DNA of 64,000 nt from NCBI RefSeq assembly GCF_004010195.1, contig NC_057755.1, positions 474,399-538,398 of the forward strand, written 5' to 3'. Below the pieces are notes generated by a model. That model saw only the letters and a list, made by a program, of their open reading frames with translations, ran no database searches and was not told the origin of the DNA. This DNA comes from Chiloscyllium plagiosum (lineage: Eukaryota). Positions within the stretch are counted from its first letter, which is position 1. The number at the start of each line of letters is the position of its first letter. This document shows, one piece after another, positions 51,560 to 63,660 of the stretch. Both the position numbers and the translations under genes were made by a program.

Positions 51560-54500
51560 ATGGCATTTAGCAGAGTGATATTCACTTGCGTTCGGATTTG
51601 GAATATTAGCGATACTTTCATGTTACTGATGATTATGCCTTCAGGAAGTGTGTTTGATTGTGAATCCGATCAGATTACATGGATCAGTTGGAGCAGCATT
51701 AAGAGCCAATGAGGAATTTCCAGGAACTAAGGGGATCTGATGGATGGGAGAAACAACACAGATATATTCAGTAGATGTGTTACCACAACGAAATGGAGGA
51801 GACCGAGACAGGTATTACAAGAGTCTCCTGTGGCTATCTCTATCATAAACATGTATGACATTTTGGAAAATGTGGGGTGCCATGAATTCTTCGGGGCACA
51901 TAGCTCGAACGGCCAAGTTTCTCGTTTCAAGACTGGTTCGAATGTAATGAAGATTACATCAGGTGTCCAACGCTCAATTGTGATAGGGGACTCGCTGATT
52001 AGAGACACAGACAGACGTTTCTGCTGCCAAGCGCCTGTTGCCTCACTGCTGCCAGGGTGAAGGATATCTTGGAGAGCATGCAGAGTAAGAGGCGGACAGA
52101 TTGCACGTGAATTGGAAGAGAAATAATTTACTGGCAAGGGGATTTGCGACAGCTGCCCAGGGATATTTTAACCAGTAAGGATGGAGTGGGGGTGCGGGGA
52201 TGTTGTGCAGGTTGCGGCCAGGGTAATAGTGAGGAAGGAGATCATGGGTTTAGATTAGAGTAGTCCTGGTAATGCACAGCAGGTCAGTCATCATCCGAGG
52301 AGCAGGAAACTCGACGTTTTGGGCAAAAGCCCTTCATCAGTAATGGAGGCTGGGAGCTTCGAGGGTGGATAGGTAATTGGAGGTGGGGTGGGGTTGGGGA
52401 GAATGCAACTAAGAGTGCAATAGGTGAATGGGGGAAGGTGGAGGTGATAGGTCAGAGGGGAGATTGGCAGGTACAGCAGGTCATGAAGACAGTGCTGAGC
52501 TGGAAGGTTGGAACTGGGGTAAAGAGAGGGAGGGGAAATGATGAAACTGATGAAGTCCAGATTGATGCCCTGGAGTTGAAGTGTTTCGAGGCGGAGGTGA
52601 GGAGTTCTTCCTCCAGGCGTCGGGTGGTTTGGGAGCGGCGGTGGAGGAGGCACAGGACATGTATGCCCTCGGCAGAGTGGGAAGGGAAGTTGAAATGTTG
52701 GGCCATGGGGCGGTGGGCTTGAATGGTGCGGGTGTCCCGGAGATGTTCCATAAAGCGTTCTGCAAGGAGGTAGTCTAGTATCCTCAATGTAGAGGAGACT
52801 GCATCTGGAGCAATGGACACAATAAATGACATTGGTGGATATGCAGGTGAAAATTTGATGCATGTAGAAGGCTCCCTTGAGGGATGAGGTGTGGGTGCAG
52901 GTTTTGCAATTCCTGCCGTGGCAGGGGAGGGTACCCCGCACTTTCTTTGCGGAAAGTGGATAGGGGGTGGGGAGGGAAATTTTTCTCTGGTGGTGGGATC
53001 CATTTGGAGATGGCAGAAATGTCAGCGAATGATGCAGTTTATGCGAAGTTTGGTAGGGTGGGAAGCGTGGACTGGGGTTTCTGTCCTTGTTACTGTTGGG
53101 GTTCGATGGTGGAGATGCGGAAAGTGGATTAGATGTTTTAGGGGGCATCTTCAAACAGGTGGGAAGGGAAATTGCAGTCTCTAAAATAGGGGGACATCTG
53201 GTGTGTTCTGTGGTGGAACTGGTCCTCCTGGGACCAGATACGGCGGAGGCCGTATTGGGAATACGGGATGGCATTTTTGCTGGAGGTAGGTGGAAAAGGG
53301 TGTAATCCGGAAAGCTGTGGGAGTCAGTGGGTTTGTAAACAATGTCAGTGTCAAGCCAGTCGTCATTAATAGAGATGTAGAAGTGTAGGAATGGGAGGGT
53401 GGTGTCAGAGATGGACCAGGTGAATTTAAGGTCGGGTTGGAATGTGTTGGTGAAGTTGATGAACTGCTCAAACTCCTCACGGGAGCATGACGTTACGTCA
53501 ATGTAGTCATCAATGTAATGGAGGAAGAGGTGGGGAATGGTGCAGGTGTAACATCGGAAGATGGACTGTTCCACAGAGCCGACAAAGAGACAGGCATAGC
53601 TGGGGCCAATACGGGTACCCTTGGTTAACGCTTTGGTTTGGAGAAAGCGAGAGGATTTGAACGAGAAATTGTTATTGGCGAGGACCAGTTCAGTCAAACG
53701 AATGAGAGTGTCAGTGGAAGGGTACTGTTGGGGACGACGTGAGAGGAAGAAACGGAGAGCTCGGAGGACCTGGTCATGGTGGATAGAGATGTAGAGGGCT
53801 TGGATGTCCATGGTGAAGATGAGGCATTGGTGTCTGGGGAAACGGAAGTCTTGGAGGAGGTGGAGGGCGTAGGTGGTGTCTCGAACGTATGTGGGGATTT
53901 CCTGGACTATGTAGGATAGGATAGTATCGAGATAGGTGGAGATTAGTTCAGTGGGGCAAGAGCATGCTGACACAATGTGTCAGCTGGGGTGGTCAGGCTT
54001 GTGGATCTTTGGAAGGAGATAGTATCGGACGTTGCGTGGTTCCTGGACTACGAGGTTGGAAGTTGTGCCTGTGAGGTTTTCTATGGTCTGAGAATGATGG
54101 TTTGGTGATGGGGTGCTGGGGTCATAGACAGGGGGGGCTAGGCGGAGGTGTCTTCGAGTTGGCATTCTGGCTTCAGCGGTTTAGGGGTCAGTGTGCAAAA
54201 CTACCACTGCAACCCCTTTATCCGCTGGTTTGATGGTGACGTTGGGTTTGGAGTAGAGGGAGTGGAGGGCTGCACATTGTGCTGGTGAGAGGTTGGCGTG
54301 GGGAAGAGGAGTAGACAGTTTGAGGCGGTTAATATCTCGGCGGCGGTGGAAATGAAGAAATCGAGGGCTGGTAATAGGCCAGAGTGGGGTGTCCAGGTGG
54401 ATGGAGTGTGTTGGAGGTAAATGAAGGGGTCATTGGAAGGTGTGCAGGAGCCCTGGCCGCAAAGGTAAGCTCGGAAGAAGTGCTCGACATCACAATGCAT

Positions 54501-56130
54501 ATTAAAATCGTTGTTCGGTGGACAGAGGGAAACAAGATGAAGACCTTTGCTGAGGACTGATTGTTCGTTCTCAGTGAGAAGGAGGTCTGGGGGTATGGTG
54601 AAAACTCGGCAGGGCTGGGAGCTTGGACCTGGTGTCGGTATGACAGGTAATGTTGGGAAAATTCCAATAGTCATGGCAGGCAGGGTGCGAGGCTATGGGG
54701 GAAGGGTGTGGCCAGGGACATAGTGAGGGAAGAGATCCGTCTGCGATTGGTACATTTGGGAAAGTTAGCCAATTCAATAGCCAGGGCAAGCAAGAACAAA
54801 GCAGTGAACGAGGGCGGACTGACAAATTAAATAGCAATTATTCATATATAAGATGCCGAACAGTTGAGGCAGAAGAACTGAGAATGTGGCAATGAATATG
54901 GGACTGGTAAAACATGGCAATTACACAGATGCGTTCAGGGATGGACAGGACTAGCAGCTAAAAGTTCCAGGTTTGAAATGCTGTAGGATGGATAGAAAGA
55001 GGCACAAGAGAAGAAGGGGATTTGCTTGTTGGTAATAGATAACATTAGAGCTGGACTTAGGGAGGATATTCCTGGGAATACATTCAGAGATGTTGTTTGC
55101 GTGGAACTGAGAATTAAGAAAGGATTGATTCCCTTATTGTGATTGTACAAGACACTCTCCACTCGTCAGTAGGAAATTGAGAAACAAATTTGAAATGGAA
55201 TCTCTGTTATTTGACCGTATAATAGTGTGATAACTGTAGAGGATTTCAAATTTCCAAACATAGACTGGGACTACCACAGTGTTAAGGTTGGCATGGAGAG
55301 GTAGTTGTTCAGTGTGCATATCAAAATTGCAAATGTCAATGGAAGTGTAGGATACAGTGAAGAAGGTAACCACAGAGTACAACGGATCTTGATCAGATGG
55401 ACCAATGGGCCAAAGAGTAGCAGACGGAATTTATATTAGATGAATAGTAAAATTCTGTGGAGTATTACTGAATAAACAGGCCTTGGAATGCAGATTCATA
55501 GATTTCTGGAAGTGGAGTCTTTGGTCGATTGGACAGTAAAGAACGTGTTTGATATATTTTTTTTATTGGTCAAATAACTGATTATTGGAGTTGTGAGGTT
55601 ATGTTGTAGCTATACACAACGTTGGTTCTGCCAGTTTTGGAAGAAGTGTGTACAATTCTGGTTCATTCCGAAAGGAAAGATAGTATGAAACATGAAAGGA
55701 CTCAGAAAGGATTTCCAAGAATATTACCAGGTCTGGAGGATTTCAGCAATCGGTAAAGGCTGAAACTTCTGTTTTTAATGGGCAGTTAGAGGTCAGGGGT
55801 GACCTTATCGTGGTTAAGAAAACCATGAGAGTCGTGGATTAGGTATGTAGACAAGGTCTTATCCCTGTTGTGTGGGAGTCCAGAGATAGAGGTTTAGGAT
55901 GAGAGTGGAATGATTTCAAAGGTATAACGTCCTTCACACAAAGGCTGGTATATGTATGAAATGAACTGCCAGAGAAAATGAATAGTAGAGCCTGGAACAT
56001 TAAAACATTTTAAAAGCAACTGTATTGGGTAAATGAAGGTGAAACGTTTCGAGGAATATTGGGGCTAATGCGAGTAGATTATGATAGAAAGCCTGATTGT
56101 CATGAATGATTTGGACCAAAAGGTCTGTTT
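51560..56130 (+). mobile_element. Degenerate CR1 (ORF1 esterase, APE, RT end) split by a Penelope insertion
   Basis: QESPVAISIINMYDIL and SIVIGDSLIRDTDRRFC (ORF1). APE-like DFKFPNIDW near 55240, and decayed RT/3' end at 55330-56130. Confidence 0.75.
52255..54690 (-). mobile_element. Penelope-like retroelement (Neptune-like; RT, Cys motif and GIY-YIG), frameshifted
   Basis: YLLPKIHKP, FTMDIQALY, GTRIGPSYACLFVG, LHYIDD, PCHGRNCKTC and NVIYCVHCSRCSLLYI, with a hammerhead-like terminus near 52310-52340. Confidence 0.9.
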
Positions 56131-56539
56131 ACAAGCCCAACCTGCTAAGAGCCGTCAAACATATGTTTCGTAGTAGATGAATATGAACACTACGAATTCC
56201 AATTCCCTTTTGGAAATCACTCCCCTTCCTTTGTTTGCAATGATAGGGCCTTTTGCGAAGAGAAAACCAAGTTGATGTTTTGAGTTCGTTGACAAATATG
56301 CAGACGAAGATTTTCTGATGAAGAATGATTGCATTAACTCTGCTTCTCTCTCCACAGATGCTCCCATACCTGTTGAGTTTCGCTAGCTATTTCTGTTTCT
56401 GTTTCATATTTTCAGTATTCACAGACTTTGATTTAATTCATGAAAACGTTTCACTTCACAACCTACTTTCCAGAAGTAATTTTTAGAATTGTGTAACCCA
56501 AATGGACAGAAGAAGTATGTCAGTCCATGAGGCCTGTGC

Positions 56540-56750
56540 CATCATAACGAAATGAAATCCAAACTCGTCCCAGGTAGTTTTGAAAGGTTGTGATGTTTCC
56601 TGCCTCAACTACGCTCACATGTACTGAATTACCAGAAACCACAACATTCTCTGACTGAATGTTTTTCCTCAAATCTCTTACAAAACTCTTACCTTTCAAC
56701 ATAAAAAAGTCCCTTTTCCATCTATTACTTCCCTGCCTCAATATGATAGT
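56540..56750 (-). mobile_element. CR1 3' fragment
   Basis: LKGKSFVRDLRKN...VVEAG. Confidence 0.6.
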
Positions 56751-56809
56751 AGGATCTTCCATTGCTCTCTGGGCAGACGCAGAGGGAGGAACAGATCTGT
56801 ATTACATCC

Positions 56810-56923
56810 ATCAGAGAAATGCTGAAGGATTTCAGCTGCATCACAAACACACTGTTTTATGCAGTGACTCTGTCAAAGTTCAGATCGAAATTCAGGAATG
56901 TGGTGCAAAAGCTGGTGCGGTAA
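56810..56923 (+). pseudogene. GPR139-like GPCR, copy 3, TM7/helix-8 remnant of exon 2
   Basis: IREMLKDFSCITNTLFYAVTLSKFRSKFRNVVQKLVR* aligns with copy 2 VREILKDFSCNMNTLFYAATLTNFRAKIRNAVQQLVT*. The 3' flank 56925-57115 matches 800-990 and the reverse of 32345-32525. Confidence 0.85.
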
Positions 56924-57139
56924 AGTTTTCACTTAATGAATCAGCAAAACAATTGAGAGAGCTCCAGAAGCAGCCACAGTGGTGAATGTGCAGGAATTGC
57001 ATATGTACGGGTTCCATCATCACAACCTCATGGATCTGAGTATAACACCCAGCGGTAGGTGGGGAGGGGGAGAACAGGATGGGTCGACATTCACCACACC
57101 CAGGAACACGCTGATTGTCTAAAGACCATTATGTTATGT

Positions 57140-57452
57140 AAAATGAAGTAGAGTCAGATAGCGGACAAAGACACACCCCTCCCTGAGGTGCTCAATGCTT
57201 TTTCTGTTTGGTTTGAGCAGAATGCCAGTGGCGCAGTGTCAACCGTCCCCACAGGTATGAGTGGAATTGATTCCTCGTTCACCGCTACAGACATCAGATC
57301 AATGATCCTGGGAGTCAAGAAGGAATGCGACGGAATTGAACAGAGTCCCCGCCCATGCATTCAATTCATGTATGATCCAACTGGCATCTTCCTGACATCT
57401 TCAAACTCTCTCTCCAACAAGCCGACGTCCCCACCTACTTTAAGAAGACACC
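57140..57452 (+). mobile_element. Rex1/Babar-like LINE fragment
   Basis: LPEVLNAFSVWFEQ and DIFKLSLQQADVPTYFKKT. Confidence 0.65.
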
Positions 57453-57454
57453 TA

Positions 57455-57690
57455 CACACTGACATAGTAATACATCCACACACACACAAACATACAGAAA
57501 AACACATGCGCACACGAAAACACACAAACACACAAATGCACATGCACACATACACAGAATTGCAGTTCTACTGTAAGATAGCAGCACCTCGACAAACCTT
57601 CACACAAAACCAGTCATGCAGGATATGGAAACACATCTGCACACAGACACAGAACCACACCGACATCTTCACATGAACTCAGAGCGAGAG
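57455..57690 (+). repeat. CA-rich low-complexity tract
   Basis: Degenerate (CA)n. Confidence 0.8.
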
Positions 57691-59186
57691 ACATTTGTCA
57701 CCAACCTGCAAGAATTTGCGCCATCCGTGTGCCTAAGAAAAGACATGCAATGTGCCAACTTGCTTTCCCAATATTTTTGTGTCATCTGCAAATCTTGCAA
57801 TGGTACATCTGTTTCCTTTCTCCAGGTCATTCACGTTCTCCATATTACATGATTTTTATGTATAAAATGTACTGACGTATGTTGGAGGTCTTTGTGTCTG
57901 TGCAAATATTATTGGGTATTAGAACAGATTGCGTTTAGAGGCAAATATTCTTGTGCATTGGAAGTGCTTGTGCTTCTACATAAATATTGTTTTGAACTAG
58001 AGTTGTTCCAATTAATGTCTAAATACTGTTGTCCATTCGAACTGTTCGTATTTATGTGTAAATACTCTTGTGCATTGGAGCTGTTTCTATTTGCATATCA
58101 ACACTGCTAGTTAATTGCAAAGTTGTAATCGTGTCCAACCCATCTTAAATATGGATCTATATGGGGCACCATCAACACATTGGAATGGCAGACCGAGCAC
58201 TGGCCAGAGAGGTGGCAGCAGAGACCAGCAGCAGTCACGTGTTAGCCGATGTGGGGAACGATATGGCAGTGAAAGCTGTTTTCTGGTTATTGTCATGTGT
58301 AAACGCATCTCCTGGAAGAGGGAACAATAATTGAACAGTACTGGTGAAATACAGAGCATTGAATGCAGACAGGGTGAGGATCAAAGATTGTAATTGGGGA
58401 GAATTCAGTTGAGAATAGTGGCGAGGATTAAACAGGCAATAGGAGAGGGTAATAGGGAGAGAGCCGAATACAAGGAACGAGAGGAATATTAAAGGCAGAA
58501 CATGGAGAAGATTTAGTAGGAAGTAATAGTGGTAGACGTCTATAGAGAGTAAGAGAAAGAGTGCAGATTTCAAGGAAACAGGAAGAGAATTAATGCAGGG
58601 CAAGCTGTAGGAATTGTAATGAGGTCAGCCAGATGAATCTTATTAAATAAGCTCCCTGAGTAGGGCTCTTAAGCTGGTCCCATCAGAGGGTCCTGACTGA
58701 GAGAAATATAAACAGGAGTCTTATGGGTTCTACGAACTGAAGGAATCAAATGTTGTGCTATCTGGGTCAGGATCGTGTACTGTGTAAGTGTAAAAGCAGT
58801 GACTTGATGACGGGTTCCCAGCCTTTGTGGAAGATGAGAGGATCCAACACAGAGTAATAGGAAGAGTGTTCAATATAGGGGTGTTGATGAATATTACACT
58901 AATAGGAAAGGAAGAGGAGTTAATACAGTATAATAGAGATATAACTATGCAGATATTAACGAGAAGAAGTTGAGTACAGGATAATCGGTAAAATCTTAAA
59001 TGCAGGAAAAAGGAGAATTTAAACTACAAAGTTGAGTGAATTAAATGGAGTGTAATAATCAGAAAGCTACTGAGAGAGCAATCGGGAGGAAGATGAATAC
59101 AGAGACAGGGTTGAAGATTGTCTTCTTAAATATTGGCTTAAATAGAGTGGATTCAATGGAGAATAATCAAGAGAAGGTTAAATGGA

Positions 59187-59863
59187 NNNNNNNNNNNNNN
59201 NNNNNNNNNNNNNNNNNNNNNNNNNNNNNNNNNNNNNNNNNNNNNNNNNNNNNNNNNNNNNNNNNNNNNNNNNNNNNNNNNNNNNNNNNNNNNNNNNNNN
59301 NNNNNNNNNNNNNNNNNNNNNNNNNNNNNNNNNNNNNNNNNNNNNNNNNNNNNNNNNNNNNNNNNNNNNNNNNNNNNNNNNNNNNNNNNNNNNNNNNNNN
59401 NNNNNNNNNNNNNNNNNNNNNNNNNNNNNNNNNNNNNNNNNNNNNNNNNNNNNNNNNNNNNNNNNNNNNNNNNNNNNNNNNNNNNNNNNNNNNNNNNNNN
59501 NNNNNNNNNNNNNNNNNNNNNNNNNNNNNNNNNNNNNNNNNNNNNNNNNNNNNNNNNNNNNNNNNNNNNNNNNNNNNNNNNNNNNNNNNNNNNNNNNNNN
59601 NNNNNNNNNNNNNNNNNNNNNNNNNNNNNNNNNNNNNNNNNNNNNNNNNNNNNNNNNNNNNNNNNNNNNNNNNNNNNNNNNNNNNNNNNNNNNNNNNNNN
59701 NNNNNNNNNNNNNNNNNNNNNNNNNNNNNNNNNNNNNNNNNNNNNNNNNNNNNNNNNNNNNNNNNNNNNNNNNNNNNNNNNNNNNNNNNNNNNNNNNNNN
59801 NNNNNNNNNNNNNNNNNNNNNNNNNNNNNNNNNNNNNNNNNNNNNNNNNNNNNNNNNNNNNNN
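59187..59863. other. Assembly gap
   Basis: Run of N. Confidence 1.
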
Positions 59864-62215
59864 ATGAGTGCCATGCCTCCAGGAATTCCCTGGCTGTTCT
59901 CTGTTTGGCTTGTCCTATAATGGTAGTGTTGTTCCAGTCGAACTCATGTTGCTTGTCATCTGCGTGTGTGGCTACTAAGGAGAGCTGGTCGTGTCGTTTC
60001 GTGCCTAGACAGGGGACGAAACGTCTGCAACACAAATTCCCAGCTCGGCGAACAGAACCACAACAACCAGCACCCGAGCTACAAATCTTCTCACAAAGTT
60101 TGAACACCCACGGGTGAGAGGCGCTAAGACAAGCCAGAAAATGGGAATCCTGTGCCAACTGCCCAAGTGCCGCATACGAACAACTCCTGATCCTGCACGA
60201 TACAGACCACCAGTCAACAATCCACAAGCCAGGGACACTGCCAGACAGAACGGATTCAGGATGATCCAGGTAATGATTACAGACGCTCACAACAGACTTC
60301 ACAAATATAGACAAGAAATTGCACGCCAAACATCGTTAATTTCAAAAACCACTAATCAGGAATGGACCCGGACCAGAGAACAAGCCGTCAACATAGGACA
60401 GAATAGGACCACACACCACAAAAAAAAGGCACTGAAAGAAAAAAATGGCCAAACTAACACAAAACAGAGAGGACACCACAACACACACTGGTTTAGAAAC
60501 CTCGCCCACCGACAGCTCACAGACACGGAAAGAACAAGACTGGCCAAGGGATTCAACTACAACACAGGGACGCCAAGACAGCAGACTTCCTAGCAGCACT
60601 AGAATGCACATTCGGGAACAATGGACTGACAGAAGAGACACAACAAACAGTGAGACAAAGTATCGTATCCCTGATAACAAGGAAAAGACAAACACATAAT
60701 CTCAACACCAAGGAGAGTGAAGCACTGAAATCACTAAGAAACGATAAGAACATAATCATACTACCAGCAGACAAAGGCAGAATGACGGTCATCCGAGACA
60801 AAGCAGAGTACATCCAAAAGGCGCAACAGCTACTTGCAGATACCAACACCTAACAAAAGAGGGAGTTTGACCCCACCCCACAGCTCAACAATAGGAAAAA
60901 CAACACACTGAGGAACGTACAAAAAAACGGACAGATAACCATATTTGACCTACAAAGAATGAAACCTGAAAACAACAACACCCCCAGATTCTATGGACTA
61001 CCGAAAGTGCACAAACTAGACGTCCCACTCAGACCAGGAACACCAGCACATAAACTGGCTAAAGAACTACAGCAGAAACTGAAACACCTGATCAGCGGAA
61101 CCACACACTCTCTACAGTCAACACAGGAATTTTTCGACATCATCAGAAATATACACATAGACAAGGAAGAAACTATGGTCTCATTCGATGTAACAGCAAT
61201 GTTCACCTCTATCGACAAAACCATCGCCAGAGAAACAATAGCCAACCTACTGGAAATACAGAACAGACAACAGGACGGTGATCCTATCAATAAAGACGGC
61301 ATACTCAAACGACTGGACTTGTGCCTCACAACACACTTCACATTCAACAACCAAATATATGAACAAGTCAACGGTACACCGATGGGCTCACCCATCTCTG
61401 GACTCATAGCAGAAGCGGTAATGCAAAGATTAGAACAAACAGTCTTACCGCAAATTCAAACACAACTCTGGGTCAGATATGTGGATGACACCTTTGTAAT
61501 CATTAAAAACACAGAAATAGAGAACACACACCGGATCATCAACGTCACACTCACAGGAATCAGATTCATAGAGAGGAAGAAAAGGACAACCAACTCCCAT
61601 TCCTAGACGTGATGGTAAAGAGAACACCAAATGGAGAATTCACCACAAAGGTATACAGGAAATCCACACACACAAACCAAGTCCTGAACTACGAAAGCAA
61701 TCACCCCAACACACACAAAATAAGTTGCACCAAGACACTGTTCAAAAGGGCCACAACACACTGCAGTACACCAGAACTGCAAAAAGAGGAACAAGAACAT
61801 CTCTACAATGTATTTGCCAAAAACAGATACCCGCGCAATTTCATCAACAGATGCCTAAGGGAAAGACAACAGAACGAGGACATGCCACAACCCAAAGGGC
61901 TAGCCATACTACCATATGTCAAGAGCATTTCCGAACTGACAGCCAGACTACTGCGACCAGTAGGACTCATAACAGCACACAAACCAACAGCCACTCTCAG
62001 ACAACAACTCACCAGAACGAAGGACCCGATACCCAGGATGAGCAAAACCAATGTAGTGTGCAAAATCCTGCAAGGACTGCACAAAACACTACATAAGACA
62101 AACAGGAAGACAGCGAACGATACGCATCCATGAACACCAACTAGCTGCGAAACGACACGACCAGCTATTCTTAGTAGCCACTGCAACAGACAGCTGGAAC
62201 TGACAACTGGAAGTG

Positions 62216-62522
62216 TGTTTTAAAAAAATTCTCAAGGTCAGGTTCGTAGGAGAGTAGTCTGACACAGAACAAACGACCAAGAGGCGAGTCTGCTAGAATA
62301 TGCTTCAGCTTTTTATTCCCCGCAGCGTCGCCACAACCAGGTACAGCGGGTCTGGCTTATACTCACTCTACATGTTACCGGAACTGGGAGCCGTCAGTTC
62401 TCGTAGAGCACCACATTCCATTGCTTGGCCCAATACATGTGTTACATTATTATTCACACATGTATTGGGACATAATTTTTAACCGTTTCACCACATTCCA
62501 CTGCTTGGAATTTTACACCACA
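62216..62522. mobile_element. 307-bp solo-LTR-like insertion with 5-bp TSD AAGTG
   Basis: TGT...ACA termini with AAGTG at 62211-62215 and 62523-62527. Confidence 0.65.
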
Positions 62523-62593
62523 AAGTGGTAGAGACAAACCACTATAAATGCCGGTGTAAAACTCACAGAAGCGCTTCACAGGAGGCTTCCAAG

Positions 62594-62635
62594 CACTGAG
62601 GATGTCACCTAGACAGGGGACGAAACGTTTGCAAC
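62594..62635 (+). ncRNA. Minimal hammerhead ribozyme-like motif in the Penelope terminal repeat
   Basis: GCA-CTGAGGA-T-GTCACCTAGACAGGGGAC-GAAA-C-GTT-TGC gives the CUGANGA and GAAA core, a GTC/GAC stem II and a GCA/TGC stem I. Confidence 0.6.
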
Positions 62636-63309
62636 ACAAATTCCCAGCTTTACCCACGAGGGTAAAGTAAAGCTAATAGGGGAGGAGTAAGTACAAAAAA
62701 ATTAAAATACAAAATACAGGGCAATTGATAGAGTTGACTGATCAATACAGTGGCGGAACCTCAAATTAATAGGGAGTCGATTAAATTCATCGAGATAGGC
62801 AGTGAAAGACGGATTAATTCGGAGAGAAGTAAATGGTGAGGAATAGAATGTATTACATACAGGGCAACAGAGATTATTAAAGATACGGGAATAGAGAAAT
62901 GATGAAATATCCGGTAACAGAGATGATTTCAAGGTTTAATGTTGACAGGGTGGAAGCAGGCGTAGCCATCTGATGAGCTACCAAGAAAAGGCGACATACC
63001 CTCAAACTTCAGACCCTCAATATTGAGACTTGGATCTCCCTCCGTCCAAGACAAAAAATAGTCGCCTCTGATATTCTTTGCATCCCAAAATCACCTGTCT
63101 CCACCTCACTGAGAACTGCCTCATTCCCTATCTAGTTGACGTTGAACGTCACACATGCCCACCTTTCCATTCCCTCCTGAAGTATTGCCTATCTGCTCTT
63201 TCTGTACTCACATGGGAGAGGATGAATGGCCTTCAGCTGTTCCTCTTTACAATCTCAAACTGAGCTAAATTGTCTCTTCCACTTCCTCCGTATAGGTCTC
63301 AAAAGGGAC

Positions 63310-63660
63310 TTTTTTTAATTCAGTTATCGGCTGAGGATTTCGCTGGCTAGCACAAGTATTTATTACTCATCTCTAATTGCGAAGAGGACATTTAAGTGAC
63401 TACCACAGTGCCGTAGATATGGAATCACATATGGTCTTGACCATTTAAGAATGCAGCTTTCCCTCTCGACACAACATAAATGAACTGCCAATCAACTTGG
63501 TATTTGTGGACATCATTAGCCTCTTTAATTTCAGGCTTTTATTGATTTCAAATTCCACCGTTTGTTGTAGTGGGACTTGAACTTGGGTGCCCAGATATTT
63601 AATTGGGTCTCTCCAAGAACAGTCTAGCGATAATTCCAATTTGGCCGTTGTGTCTCCCTG
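63310..63660 (-). mobile_element. Degenerate Deu-SINE-like element
   Basis: Reverse complement resembles 18584-18926. Confidence 0.6.

Larger units (their letters stand above)
59864..62650 (+). mobile_element. Penelope-like retroelement (Poseidon-like) with partial terminal repeat and an inverted 3' segment at its 5' end
   Basis: ILPADKGR, PRFYGLPKVHK, VSFDVTAMFT, GTPMGSPISG, WVRYVDDTF and LPYVKSISE. A 42-bp direct repeat lies at 60004-60045 and 62608-62649, and an inverted GIY-YIG C-terminus (REFLEAWH) at 59864-60003. Confidence 0.93.

Noticed and set aside
52291..53973. 560-aa ORF as an intact novel protein
   Set aside because: It is a decayed Penelope RT/GIY-YIG that drifts in and out of frame, with damaged motifs.
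57188..57676. 162-aa His/Thr-rich ORF
   Set aside because: It is a Rex/Babar LINE fragment reading into a CA-rich tract.
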